Positions 63,904 through 64,000 of a stretch of DNA of 64,000 nucleotides are shown piece after piece. Origin of the DNA: Octopus vulgaris (lineage: Eukaryota); the NCBI GenBank assembly GCA_951406725.2, contig OX597815.1, positions 160,208,001 to 160,272,000 on the forward strand, in the 5' to 3' direction. Under the pieces are notes generated by a model, which made no database searches, was not told the origin of the DNA, and worked only from the letters and a program-made list of their open reading frames with translations. The position numbers were made by a program, and so were the translations under genes. Every line of letters begins with the position of its first letter. Position 1 is the first letter of the stretch.

Positions 63904-64000
63904 ATATATATGTATAAATAGATATGTGTATGTATATACATATATTTGTATATATAAATAGATGTGTGCATGTCTGTGTGTATATATATATATATATATA

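Overview
AT-rich, microsatellite-dense eukaryotic (animal) genomic DNA, most consistent with an octopus/cephalopod intron or intergenic region. The taxon is inferred from the repeat landscape and is not proven. I find no supportable host protein-coding exon, rRNA, true tRNA or CRISPR array; the long ORFs are transposon relics or microsatellite artefacts. The window is a nested transposable-element landscape. It holds at least three tRNA-derived SINE groups (A: CORE-like with an internal microsatellite; B: with a Meta/MESC-like domain, including a recurrent dimer; C: some with a V-domain-like motif) and several R4/Dong-clade restriction-endonuclease LINE fragments sitting in (TAA)n or (CATA)n repeats. 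It also holds a young single-frame RTE LINE (40.55-42.9 kb), 3' ends of a second RTE family with an internal minisatellite, at least seven Tc1/mariner relics, a solo LTR, a Helitron-like element, and piggyBac-like and Sola2-like non-autonomous elements. The most interesting signals are: (1) a composite tRNA-SINE ending in the 3' UTR of an R4-clade LINE, in two copies, one 5'-truncated and flanked by a 28-bp target-site duplication; (2) a ~550-bp non-coding, non-tRNA retroposon found in (TAA)n repeats; (3) a minimal type I hammerhead ribozyme at 4861-4906 (minus strand). Coordinates were read by eye; the ends of degraded elements are approximate.
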